Positions 52,652 through 64,000 of a stretch of 64,000 bases of DNA are shown piece by piece (position 1 is the first letter of the stretch; each line of letters starts with the position of its first letter). This stretch comes from Camelus ferus (lineage: Eukaryota), in assembly GCF_009834535.1 (NCBI RefSeq), contig NC_045697.1, positions 5,210,001-5,274,000 of the forward strand, in the 5' to 3' direction. The position numbers and the translations under genes are program-made. Under the pieces are notes generated by a model. That model was not told the origin of the DNA, searched no databases, and worked only from the letters and a program-made list of their open reading frames with translations.

Positions 52652-53480
52652 GTATGGAATACAGAGACAGAATAAGATGGTTTCTTGGTGACTTTGTTGA
52701 TTTCCTGGATCAAACCGTTCCTGAGCTCCACCCTGCTTCTGCATGCTCCAGTTGCACTTTCCAGAAGATCCAGCTATGGAGATCTCAAGCTGTGTTTTCT
52801 GTAACTCACAACCTACAGTCCTAACTGACACAAGAGAGGCCCAAACCGAGGAGGTGACAGCCTCGTTCTGACCAGACCTCTCAAGGAGGGCCGTGTTCCA
52901 GTCTGGATTCTAGCCAGTGGGAGACACACTGACACACCACACGGTGGCTAAAGGGGTGGCCACCTTCATTTAGCAGAGAGGCACCTATTGAACACCTGCC
53001 CTGTGTTGGACCTGGCCTCCATGCTGTGGACACAAAGACAAGGGGGACTCTTGCTCTGCCCATGGGGGACAGACAAGCAGACAGGCAGTGGCCAGAGCGG
53101 ATGATGCCATGACAGAGCAAAGGAGAGGGCAGGGGCTGTGGGAGCCTATGCAGGCAGAGGGCACCCAATCCAGCTTCTGGGGGTCAAGACAGGCTTCTTG
53201 GACAAAGTGACATTTCAGCTCGGTCTGGAAGGGTGAGAAGGAACAAATCAAAGTGACTAGGTGAGGGAAAGATGTTCTGAGAAGAGGGAACAGCATGTAT
53301 GAAGGTCCAAGGCCAGTTGGGTGCGGTAACCACAAACCCTAGGGATTGCTGATGCTGTGTGATTTGGAGCAAGTCACTTCACCACTCTGTGCCTCAGTGC
53401 CCTCGAATGATGATAGTAGAATAAATGCATTAACCCTTGTGCAGCTCTGGGAGCAAGGCAGCACTTCCAGGATTAGCTAT

Positions 53481-53512
53481 CACCCACCACCACCACCACC
53501 ACCATCATCATC
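53481..53512. repeat. (CAC)n(CAT)n trinucleotide microsatellite
   Basis: caccaccaccaccaccaccatcatcatc. Confidence 0.85.
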
Positions 53513-53924
53513 GTTACCTGAGTACCAGTGCAGGGAAGGATGGCAGAGATGTCTGGAGAGCTCAGCTGGGACCAGGCTGCAGACCTCAGACTATCTTCCA
53601 GGCCTCAGGAAACCAGGGGAGAATGTGAAACAGGGACTGGCAGGTGTGGATTCCTGCTTTAGAAATGGCCACCGGCCAGAGAAAGGACTCTGGGCAGAGA
53701 GATGTTAATAGTGATGCTAGCGTGGAAGAGGATCTTAAAGCCATTTCCCATGGAAAAAGGCCAAGAAATTGGAGTGTTTGCTCTGAAGGAGCGCCGGTTT
53801 TGTTTAAGGGCAGGGATGAGCAATGGTAGGCAGACTGAGGGAAGAAAGAATCACTCAGGGCTGTTCTGTGGAAGAGTTTTAGGTCACAGGCGGCAGCTCC
53901 AGGGAGTCAGCACATCTCACCTTC

Positions 53925-54118
53925 ACCTTAGGAAGAAGCTGTATTGTTCAGAGCTGCCCAGAGACTGGAGAGTAACCTTAGGTGGCAGTGAGCTCGCCGT
54001 CCAGGCTGGCATGCAAGCAGACTCTGGATGAGTGCTTGGCAGGGGAGCAGTAGAGGAAGCACAAGCTCCAGGCAGGTTGATTTCTAAGTTCCTTGCAGCC
54101 TTAATTTCTGTTATTCTA
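53925..54118 (+). mobile_element. CR1/L3 (or MIR3) 3' tail
   Basis: ggcagtgagctc...caagcaga..ctggatga...ctaagttcctt..agcc...tctgttattct resembles the L3 3' end. Confidence 0.55.
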
Positions 54119-54137
54119 CCGAACCGCAGAGAGAAGG

Positions 54138-54420
54138 TATCAATTTTCTGAGGCTGCTGACCTTGAATCACCACAAACTGAGTGTCTTAAAACAATGCAA
54201 ATGTATCCCTCACTGTTTTGGACGTCAGAAGTCCACCACGGGTCTCACTGGACCGAAGTCAAGGTCTTGGCAGGGCTGCATTCCTTTCTGGGGTCTCCAA
54301 GGGAGAATCTTTTCTTAGCCCTTTTCAGCTTCTAGAAGCTGCCTGCATCCTTTTGCTTGTGGCTTCTTCCTCCATCTTCAAAGCCAGCAACATAGCATCT
54401 TCCAAATTCTCTCTCTCTCA
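54138..54420 (-). mobile_element. MaLR LTR fragment (MLT1D-like)
   Basis: ccacaaactgagtgtcttaaaacaa...ggcagggctgcattccttt...tcctccatcttcaaagccagcaa. Confidence 0.7.
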
Positions 54421-57319
54421 TACATGTTCCCCACCCCCCATGCCCGCCCCACTTCCCCACGGCATTCCTCAGCTTGTAGATGGAGCCACCGCCAGGGAGG
54501 GGTCCTGGGGCACCAGAATTTCCACCGTCACGCCACTTACCCTGTGTGTTTGGTGAGTAAATGGCCCTTTATTTTTTCCCGTGAGAATAGCATCTTCTTT
54601 CCCCTCATTCACTGTTTTATTCCTACTGTCCATCTCAAGTCTGCACACAGTAGACGCTCAATAAATAGAGTGTCCAGAGAATGAAGGAAGAAGCCATTCA
54701 AAGAAAATGGCTGGTATCCAGCTGAGAAATACTCACCCACCCATTAGCTCCCACTGTCTGGCTCCCCTGGCATCATGAAGTACCACCCCGTGATGGGGTC
54801 CCTGCTCCTCTCACTGATGGGGATGGGAGAAACCTTTGGGAGGAGGCAAAGGCTTTAGTCTGCAGGGAAATTCCCACCTGGATTTTTACCATTTACCTTC
54901 CAGAGGGAGCAGGCTGATGCTGAAGGAGGCCTGGGGAGGGGAGCGGGGTGGGGGCAGGACACACCACAGGTCTCCTGAGACCGCCTGCACCTAAGGCAGG
55001 GTCTCTCTGGCAGCCAGTGAAGCTGGTGCAGGCTGTGCTCTGCGGGTTTCTTAATGGGCTTGTGCCTCGCCCTGAGTAACAAGATTCACAGCCATCAGGT
55101 TAGTTTAGCAAGGCTCTCCCGAGCATCCTCTCTGCTCGGCTGGGTGCTGGGTGCTGGCAAACCGAGATGCAGAAGGAGTGCACAGGTGGGTGGGAAGGCA
55201 GCCGGGATCCACTTAGCAGGATATCTGGTGCTCAGGGCACCGGGGAAGCTTTTGATTTGCCCGAGGAGCCCCATCAACAACCACACACAGGTCCGGGGTG
55301 GAGTGAGACCGGACCTCCCAGCGACATGTTTGTCTCACCGGTAAGTGCACAGAAACGCCTGTTTTCCAGCACAGCGGCGTTCCCTCGATCGGATGGTCCA
55401 AAGACTTGTTTTGGTGCCTGGGCTTGTTTTTCTTCCCTGTCCTGAATTTGAAGCTCCTTCGACAGCACATCCAGAAGCCCGGGAGCACTTCAAAGCAGAC
55501 TGGAATCCCCGGCTGGGGCCAGTTGTCGGCCAGGGAGGGGGTGAGGAGAGCCCTTCATCCAGAAGAAAAACACCTCTGTGTTTGCCTCCAGCACCTCCAA
55601 ACGCACAGAGTTCTGCCCTGTCTGAGAGGGCGCCCACGAGGCGCGCCTCCGGTCATCTGGCTAAAGGTGTTTAGAGAAAATGCTCTTACCTGCAAAACAG
55701 GAAGGCAAGGCTGTGATCCCTGCCCAGGGCTTGAGGACAGAAAACTAGAAAAATAGGTCGTCAGGGCAGGAAGGGACCTCCAACTGCCCAGGGTGATGCT
55801 GGCTCTGTTTACAGACAGCGAATGGGACCAAGATCAAGAGGGGATTTTTCTGGGCAAACAGAGCGGGAAGAGGCTGGAGACAGAATTTCATTCCGGCTGT
55901 TGATCCTCGATCCTGCCCCATGTCCAGGACACCACACTCCGTTCCTTCAGCCCTCTGGTCCACAGCTCTGGTTGTTTTGTTCTGGGAATGTGCGCACCAC
56001 CCACCGTGGGCCTCTCTTCTGCCCTCCCCTGCAGTGAGACAGGCTTTGGGGAGGAGCAAACACAGGTCCAGAGCTCTGTTCCTCCTTTTATTAGCCTTGT
56101 GACCTCAGCCAGTTTTATATCCCCCAAGACCCTTAGTCTCCTCATCTGGGAAATGGGAATAACCCCACCCTCTTCATTAGCACTCTGTGAGGCTCAGGAC
56201 ATCTGCGACAACAGCTGTGTAGCTGATGTATAAATGAGGCTCGTGCATCACTACTGGTACACTCCTGACGCTTGCTGTTAAGTAAGAACCTTCCTCTCTT
56301 TTGACAGCTTCTTCTCCTTGCTACTTCCTTGGTCTTGGGCAGCCCAAGACCCCAGACTCATCTCTGATTGTGAGTCCTGCTCCTCCCGAGTTCTACACTG
56401 TGGAGTGGGAGGATGGAACAAAGACAAGGCACGGAGCGCCACTGGACCCATTTGTGACCTTGGAGAAGTTGCTGCAACTCGTGAGCCTCAATTTTCCCAC
56501 CGGAAAAATGGGGCTGTTTTCTGCGACACCTGCCTCACAGGGACACTTGTAGGAAAGGAGGTAGTGACATTAACTCAGACTGTGATAATAGCTCAGTGTC
56601 TTTCACTCCTCACTGTGCTCTTATCACCCCCACTTCACAGATAAGGAGAGGAAGGAAAGAGCTGAGGAACTTGTCCAAGTTCATTGAAGAACTGAGTAAC
56701 CATGCAAGCGTCTAAGGGGAGAGCTTCCTCCTATAACTGGGACCCACTGTCCTGTAAATACAGAGCAGCGTCCCTAAAAGAGATGCCCATTTGGAGAACT
56801 AGCCCTTCCTGTGGGTCTGCTCTGTACCAAAGCCTGTGCTGGGAGTTTGAAGTGGACTAGCGTGGGGGGCGATCCCACATCCCCCCTCCACAGGCGCTGG
56901 CTCAAGCCTGTCTTCCAGGTGCAAAGGCACAGCTGCTCAGAGGGTAAGTGACTGCCCAGAGTTCCCCTCACTGGTCAGGGGTGGGTGGACACTGATCTCC
57001 AGGCTGCCTGACCCCAATCACTTCCGGTCCTTCTCCCTCCCCCAACTCTGCTCCAGAAGATCAGCCAGTCTTTACAAAACAGTCCCCATTCCAACTGAAG
57101 GGGCTGACTGCCCACCCCTCCCCTCTGACCGAACCTCCCACTCGCCCCTCTGCCAACTCTGCCACTCCAGGAAGAGCCCCTGCCGAGACAGAAAGCGCTA
57201 TTGCAAGTTGTGAGAGAGGAGGGCCTCGCTGCCCTGCCAGGTGTCCCTCACCCACCCCCCAGGCGGCCCCCCCTCAACAAGGGGGGCTTTCAGGTCTGAA
57301 AGGCTCCAGTGTCCCCAGC

Positions 57320-57440
57320 CAGGTGGGCGTGCTCTTGGCCTTGGCGGGGCCCCACAGGAAGCGGAGGCGTGGAGGACCACCCCCAAGCTGCTGCTTAAAG
57401 GGCGGCTGGCGTCGGGCTGCAGTCAGGCCACCTTTGCACC
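57320..57440 (+). promoter_or_regulatory. CYTL1: CYTL1 proximal promoter / 5' UTR
   Basis: GC-rich with GC boxes (GGCGGGG near 57343, GGGCGG at 57400) and a TATA-like CTTAAAG at 57394-57400, about 45 nt upstream of the ATG. Confidence 0.6.
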
Positions 57441-57590
57441 ATGCCGCCCCAGCTGCTCCCCCTGCTGCTGCTGCTCCTGGCCGGCCCCCCTGCCGCGCGG
57501 CCGGCTCCCCCGACCTGCTACTCCAGGATGCTGGCCCTGAGCAGGGAGATCACCGCCGACTTCCAGAGCCTGCAGGCCACCGAGCCCTCG
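57441..57590 (+). CDS. CYTL1: Cytokine-like 1, coding exon 1 (signal peptide; MPPQLLPLLLLLLAG...ATEPS)
   Basis: gcaccATG start with A at -3, Leu-rich signal peptide, PPTCYSRM motif of CYTL1, donor TCG|GTGAGT; 150 nt, phase 0. Confidence 0.97.
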
Positions 57591-59238
57591 GTGAGTGCCC
57601 TTGGATCCCCCAGAGGCCCGAAGCCCGAGGCCCGAGGCCCGGGAGGCCTGTGCAGACCCAGCTCTAGAAACTTGCCTTCGGACCAGAAGGAAAAAAGCGC
57701 TAGTTTTCTTTTCTGGTCAATGTTAATTTCAGGGGTATCTGTGCTTTATTCCATCCTTTGGAATACTATGCCAATGGTTTGCACTTCCTTTGAAACACAA
57801 GGAAAATATGGTCAAAGACATCACAGTTTTTGTTTATAACTAGCTAGCCGATATCAGATTATCTGTTGTAAAATGTAAAAAAAAAAAAAAAAAAAGAGAG
57901 AGAGGGAGAGAGTCTACATAGAGTCTACAAAGAACAAAGAATTAAGCTTTTTTTAGTCTCTTCACTAGCCAGCACACGCTAAGGGGGTGACGCCTAGAAC
58001 AGGCCCCACCCCTTACTTGCTTAGGACCCTGGCCAAATTATCCAGCCCCGAATCTGAGCATCCTCAGCTCTGAGAGGGGATGGCTGAGCCCCTTCACCCT
58101 CTTCAGGCGGCTGGAGAGTCGAAGGCTGGGTGCAGACACACCCCGCTCAGCAGAGCCCGCGCAGGGGAGACCCCACTGTGTTCTCACCATTGTGTTAAGA
58201 AGGAGACCCAGGGGCTGGGAGTGGGGAGTCCCAGAGCAACCACCCAGGACCAGAATCCGGCCTCCTGGCTGCTTATCCAGGGTAGAAACAAAATGAATTA
58301 AACTTAAAAGCTCCAGCAAAATTTAAGTGTCTTTCCCCGCTTGGGAGCACTTTAAATAAAATGCACGGTTCCCAGACGTCCCAGGCTCATGATGCCCTAA
58401 CAGTGCCTTTGTATTTTCTCTTTTAAAGTTAAATAATGGGTATTTTTTTTCAAATTATGAAAGTCATATACTTTGCAAATGGTTGGAAAAGGCACAAAAG
58501 ACAAAGAAGAAAGTAAATATTACTGCAAGCCTACCACCTAGAGGTGGCTGCGTCTATCACACGCCAGAGGCCGGAATTTCCGCTCTCTGTGCGGGCTGAT
58601 CGTGTGCGTGCGTGCGTGCATGTGTAGACAGACTGGGTCAGACAGCGCAGCGGTTTTGTGATTTGTGTTTTAATGACACCGTCAAATAAATTAATCTTCT
58701 TTTGTAACAACGCTTGGTTGTACCGTTGCACTCTGATTTATCCACAGATTCCTTGCTATTGAATACGGAGAGCCATCACCTTTTTTAAAAAATATGTTTT
58801 TAAAGCTGAAAAAAACGCATAAGCTCAGAACTGCAGGGCTGGAAGGAAGTGGAGAGATTCTGTGTTCTAACTCTCTGATCTCACCCCTGGGACACCGAGT
58901 CCCAAAGAGGAGGGAGACCTACTCCAGGTCACACAGGGAATTTCTGGTCTGGCAGGACCAGAATCTGGGTCTTCTGGCCTTCAGGCCAGCGTAGAAGCAA
59001 AAGTGAAGTGTAGTAACAGAAAAGTATACACATATATACACTTGTATATTACTATACACTGTATATTGCTGTGTCTAGATTACAGCTATCGGACCGTTTA
59101 AACACACACATAGATGCATATATAGATATAGGTAGGTGTCTATATAGGAGTGTGTGTCATAAATATATATATATATATAACTGTTCCCTAACTTATAGTA
59201 AATGATAAAATGATTGCATTCTAAAAGTCAAATTCTAG

Positions 59239-59957
59239 TTTTATGGGGGCAGCCATTACGGAAAACTGTGGAGTTTCCTTAAAAAACTGAAAATAGACTT
59301 ACCCTATGATCCAGCAATCCCACTCCTGGGCGTGTATCTAGAGGAAACTCTAATTCTAAAAGATACACGCACCCCAGTGTTATTTAGCAGTACTAGTTAC
59401 AATAGCCAAGATGTGGAAGCTACCTAAATGTCCTCGACAGATGACTGGGTAAAGAAGTTGTGGTATTTATACCCCCCCCATATATATAGGAATACTACCC
59501 AGCCATGAAAAAGAATAATGCCATTGGCAGCAACATGAATGGACCTAGAAATTATCATACTGAGTGAAGTAAGTCAGACAGAGAAAGACAAATACCATAT
59601 GATATCACTTATCTGTGTAATCTTAAAAAAAAAGACACAAATAAACATTTACAAAACAGAGACGGAATCACAAACATAGAAAACAGACTTATGGTTATCA
59701 GGGAGGAGTGGGGAGGGATAAATTGGGAGCTTGAGATTTGCAGATACACACTACTATATATAAAACAGATAAACAACAAGGACCTACTGTACAGCACAGG
59801 GAACTATATTCAGTATCTTGTAATGGCCTATAATGAAAAACAATATTAAAAGGAATATATATGTACATAAATGAATCACTGTACTGTACACCAGAAATTA
59901 ATACAACATTATAAATCAACTATACTTCAATTAAAAAAAAAGAAAAACTCTTTAAAA
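59239..59957 (+). mobile_element. Younger L1 3' end in CYTL1 intron 1, sense orientation
   Basis: L1 ORF2 end, 3' UTR and A-tail; perfect direct repeat ctaaaagtcaaattctag at 59221-59238 and 59958-59975. Confidence 0.92.
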
Positions 59958-60160
59958 CTAAAAGTCAAATTCTAGAAGAGCAGTTTGCCTTGAAGGACTG
60001 TGGCATGAGCTATAAGAAAGTACCGTGCGTGTCGGCATCAAGGAGGGCCCCGGGGATCTGGGGCTGGTCTGGCAGCTGATGGGTTGGCAGGGAGCCTTCT
60101 ATGACCAGGTGGAGGATGTGTCCCTGTGGGCGTCAAGGCAACCTGTATCCCTTTCTGCAG

Positions 60161-60205
60161 GAGCCATGTGTGAGATACCTGCCCAGACTGTACCTGGATA
60201 TACAC
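60161..60205 (+). CDS. CYTL1: CYTL1 exon 2 (EPCVRYLPRLYLDIH)
   Basis: Acceptor ctttctgcag|GAG, donor CAC|gtaaga; 45 nt; peptide matches CYTL1. Confidence 0.97.
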
Positions 60206-60336
60206 GTAAGAGGGGCCTGCCTGCCTGCCTGGGGGAGGCATGGGGGTGGGGAGAGATCCTGTGCAGAAGGACCAGGAGTCCCCAGACCCGGCTACGGACT
60301 TCTCCTGTGAGACCCCTCCCTGTCGTCCATTCCTAG

Positions 60337-60465
60337 AATTACTGTGTGCTGGCCAAGCTGCGGGACTTTGCGGCATCGCCCCAGTGTTGGAAAGTGACCC
60401 AAGTGGATGCCCTGAAGGAGAAAGTGAGGAAACTATACACCATCATGAACTCGTTCTGCAGGAGA
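60337..60465 (+). CDS. CYTL1: CYTL1 exon 3 (NYCVLAKLRDFAASPQCWKVTQVDALKEKVRKLYTIMNSFCRR)
   Basis: Acceptor ttcctag|AAT, donor AGA|gtaagt; 129 nt, in frame; 131-nt intron 2. Confidence 0.97.
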
Positions 60466-61727
60466 GTAAGTGCCACCAATGAAAATTCTTTTTCTACTTG
60501 TTATCAGCCAAGACTTTAAGAGAAGGGTTAGGAGAAGAGGGGGACGTGGAGGAGGAAGAGAAGTAGTCATGGGCTGCTTCCAGTTCACAGAGCCCTTCCT
60601 CAACCCTGTTGGCCTTGGTAAGGGATGGGGACTCGGGACAAGGCTCCTCACCAACACCAGCTCCACGTTGCCTGGGGACAACCCCCAGCACCACATGCCA
60701 ACCATACAGGACAGACTCAGCCGGGAGCCAAATAGGGTGGGGACATGGGGAGAGGGCTGTGGAATTCTGAGAACCCCCGGAGGCCCAGAGTCAAGAAGAC
60801 TTCCTGGGAGGTGGTTTCGTGCACTCTGTGATGGGAGGGTTCTGGCAGGAGAGGGGAAGAGACAGGAAGCGTAGAGAATCAGCACTAGTTAAGATGGAGA
60901 AAGTAGTCATGTGGTCCTGGGGGCACAGGCTTCAGCATCACGCAGAGCTGAGCTCCTGTCTTCATCTCCCAGCTTCCCACGTTGTGAGCGTCCCCTCAGC
61001 TCTCTGAGCCAGTTTCCACTTCGTGAATAGTGCCCATCTCATGAGGCCATTGGAAGATACTACAGTTACTCCCTGACCGTGTGTGCGGTGGGCACTGTAG
61101 TAGCTCCCTTGGTCCTAAGTACCCTGGCAAGGTGACCACATAGAATTCCTAGAACCAGGCCTAGCCCAGGACACTTTAAGAAGTAGCTATTAAGCTTTTT
61201 AGTTTTAATTTTTATTAAGATTTCTTTGTCACTATGCATCAAAGATTAGACATGCCTTTCCTCCCACACCCACTTCCCTCCTCATTCCCCTCTCCCCTTG
61301 GTCGTGATGGGGAGGCAGGAAGAAAATACAGTTGGAAGTACGGTACAGTCTGAGCAGTGCTGTTATTGACGCTGAAGCGTCTGAAGGTGAGATCGAGTGC
61401 TGTCACTCATGGTACCCCCAGTGCCCGGCCCAGGGTTGCTCCTCAGTAATTGAAGCTTGTTTATTCAGTGACTTCCTCACCCATCTATCTATCTACCCAT
61501 CTGGTCGACCAGTGTATGCGTGAATTCAGTAATAAAAGGATATGTGAGATTCTACAGGAACTTGAAGAAAGATGTGACCAGCTCTCCTTGGGGGATGAGT
61601 GATGGGAAGGTTTCCCACAAAGGGGAACAACTGAACAGTCTTTGAGGATAACCAGGAGTTCTACAATTGTGCGTGGGCTCTGTGGCCACCTTCAGTGACA
61701 TTCCTGCTCATTGCATATCTTTTCCAG

Positions 61728-61811
61728 GATCTGGTGTTCCTGTCGGATGACTGCAATGCCTTGGAATACCCAATCCTAGTGACGGCGGGCCTGCCAGGTC
61801 ATCAGAGCTAA
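61728..61811 (+). CDS. CYTL1: CYTL1 exon 4 coding part (DLVFLSDDCNALEYPILVTAGLPGHQS*)
   Basis: Acceptor cttttccag|GAT, TAA at 61809-61811. Spliced product is 135 aa with six cysteines. Confidence 0.97.
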   Translation, partial: DLVFLSDDCNALEYPILVTAGLPGHQS

Positions 61812-62348
61812 GGCAGCTCAGACCAGAGAGAGAACCCAAGGGGGCCGAAGTTATGTCAGCTGCCCAGACACAGTGGGCCAAGGCCACGGCCCCCTCGAGT
61901 CTCCCTGAGGTTGTTACGTGTCTCTCCACCTTTTGGGAAGCAGGGCTTGTGCTCCTACCCTGGAACCGATTTTGAACATAGTTAGAAGCCTTGCTTTTCA
62001 CCCACCTTGGTTTTGTCTCGCCAGGGTGGTTAGATACACAGGTACGTGTATTTGGTCACTAAGAAGGAAAGGGCTGACCAGCTTCTCTTTGCTTCTCTTT
62101 GATGAACAACTAGCTTGAGAACAAGCAAAACAGAACGTTTGTAGTATGACTTTAATGGAGTAGTGGTACCATTTTTCTTTCTTGATAGAAACCTGCTTAC
62201 ATTTAACCAAGTTTCTATTTTATACCCCACTACAAATTTTTCTTACAGTTATCTTTCATTTTTAAAGAAATTTCACTGCCTGTAAGATGTATTTGCAAGG
62301 TTCGTAATTACATAGTGCTAACGGAACCACTCTTTCATTGAAAGATCA

Positions 62349-62354
62349 AATAAA
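62349..62354 (+). terminator. CYTL1: Probable CYTL1 polyadenylation signal
   Basis: First AATAAA I found after the stop codon, about 540 nt downstream, following an AT-rich 3' UTR. Confidence 0.75.
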
Positions 62355-63497
62355 GACTATCTCGACAGTGAGAAACACGTGTCCTGCTGAATTGGTCCAA
62401 GGTGGACGGCGGGGTGCTTCCTGCATGCCGTCTGCAAGTTGCTGCTTTCAGCAAGATGCACCTTTCTCCCTCTGTCCATCAAGCAGGGGTGTTTCTGGGT
62501 CTGCTTCAGTCGCCCTGTGTGAATGTCTGTCCTTGAAGTATTAGGAGATGCTCCGATTTGTGTTTGGGGACAGGCTGTACGCACGGCAGCCTAGTACCTG
62601 ACACTTAACACAAACAGCAGTCCCCTGAGTCCTCACGACAGCCCTAGGAATGGACGTCATAGGCGGCTGAGGCTCACGTAGACTAGGTAACTAGCCTCAG
62701 GTCACCAGCTGGTACATGGGGAGCCTAGACTGAACTCAAAGGCTCCAAGGCCCACACTCTCCCCATCTTCTCCAGCCCACAACGATCACTCTTTCAAGGA
62801 ACAACCCCTTCATAAAGGAAAATTATGCAACAACTAACCCTTTGTTACCCACCCCCCAGCATCTACCCCTTCCTGACAGATGATGAGTGTGGAGCCACAT
62901 GCCCGGCACAAGCCCGGCACACGCCCCGCACCACACAGTGAAGCTGCCTTTGGGTGGGTGGGTGTTTTCCACGCCGATCTGCAGTGAAGGGGACACACTC
63001 GGGTTCAGAGGTTAAGCGACTTCCTGAGAGAGCGGATAAGTTGCGGCAAAGGGACTCCAGATAAACATACAAGTGCTGGGCGTGTTCACGCCACGGCTCT
63101 GCTAGTCGTGGCCGTCTCTAGGGAGCAGAATAAACCAGCAGAGGCAAGGACTGACTTGCACATTTCGGGCATTATTTGTTTATGCATTTCTTCCACATTT
63201 ACTGAGTGCTTATTATGAATTCAGAACTAAAGAATTCTTCCCCTTAGTTTAGCGGAGAAGACATATGCAACATCACGGAGACAGCAGAGGGAAGAGAAAG
63301 TAATTCTGCTTCAGATGGGGCGGAAAGTTTTCTTAGAGGATTCAGAATTTGAACAAAGTCTTGAAATATGACTGGGAACGTGTTATGGTGAAAAGGAGTG
63401 GAGGCAGGAGATACAGCACAGCCAGAGGCAGGGAGACTTCTGAATGGTGAATGGTGCATGGTTGAGAATGTAGTGGGGTCAGAATGTAAACGGTGTG

Positions 63498-64000
63498 CGG
63501 TCAGAATGGCCACAAACGATAAACGCTGGAGACGGTGTGGAGAAAAGGGAATCTTCCTGCACTGTTGGTGGAGAGGTAAGTTGGTGCAGCCATTATGGAA
63601 AACAGCATGAAGATTCCTTAAAAAAGTGAAAATAGAATTACCTAATGATCCAGCAATCCCACTCCTGGGCATATATCCGGAGGGAGCTCTAATTCGAAAA
63701 GATACATGCGCCCCAATGTTCATGGCAGCACTATTTACAGTAGCCAAGACATGGAAGCGACCCAAATGTCCATTGACAGATGGCTGGATAAAGAAGCTGT
63801 GGTATATAAACATACTGGAATATACTAGAATACTGCTCAGCCATAAAAAAAAAGAATAAAATAATGCCACTTGCAGCAACATGGATGGACCTGGAGATCA
63901 TCATACTAAGTGAAGTGAGCCAGAAGGAGTAAGGAAAATACCATGATGTCACTCACATGTGGAATCTTTAAAAAACACACAAATGAACTTATTTACAAAA
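63498..64000 (+). mobile_element. Younger L1 3' region, running off the window end
   Basis: [13 protein letters not shown] and [18 protein letters not shown]2p remnants. Confidence 0.9.

Noticed and set aside
53437..53628. Poly-His / poly-Pro ORFs
   Set aside because: Produced by a (CAC)n(CAT)n microsatellite.
57591..57839. C-terminal part of the 132-aa ORF starting at 57441
   Set aside because: Intron 1 read-through after the GTGAGT donor.
63244..63882. 212-aa minus-strand ORF
   Set aside because: Mostly the antisense frame of an L1 3' end.

Overview
Mammalian genomic DNA, very probably camelid (camel, alpaca or llama), judged from three tRNA-Ala-derived vic-1-type SINEs. It carries two divergently oriented protein-coding genes. 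On the minus strand is the first coding exon of STK32B (25219-25270, MGGNHSHKPPVFDENEE, in a CpG island); 1-25218 is its intron 1 and exon 2 was not found in the window. On the plus strand is the complete four-exon CYTL1 gene (57441-61811, 135 aa, signal peptide, six cysteines). The rest is mostly interspersed repeats: old and young L1, L2, MIR, MaLR/ERV solo LTRs and hAT/TcMar relics. Repeat family names are from memory of consensus sequences and boundaries of old repeats are approximate. I found no evidence of a new biological system. The most interesting details are an inverted pair of homologous ERV solo LTRs just upstream of the STK32B promoter behind a CTCF motif, a minimal uORF in the STK32B 5' leader, an orphan CpG island near 46.6-47.3 kb, two rearranged L1 copies, and two short template-switch or tandem repeats.
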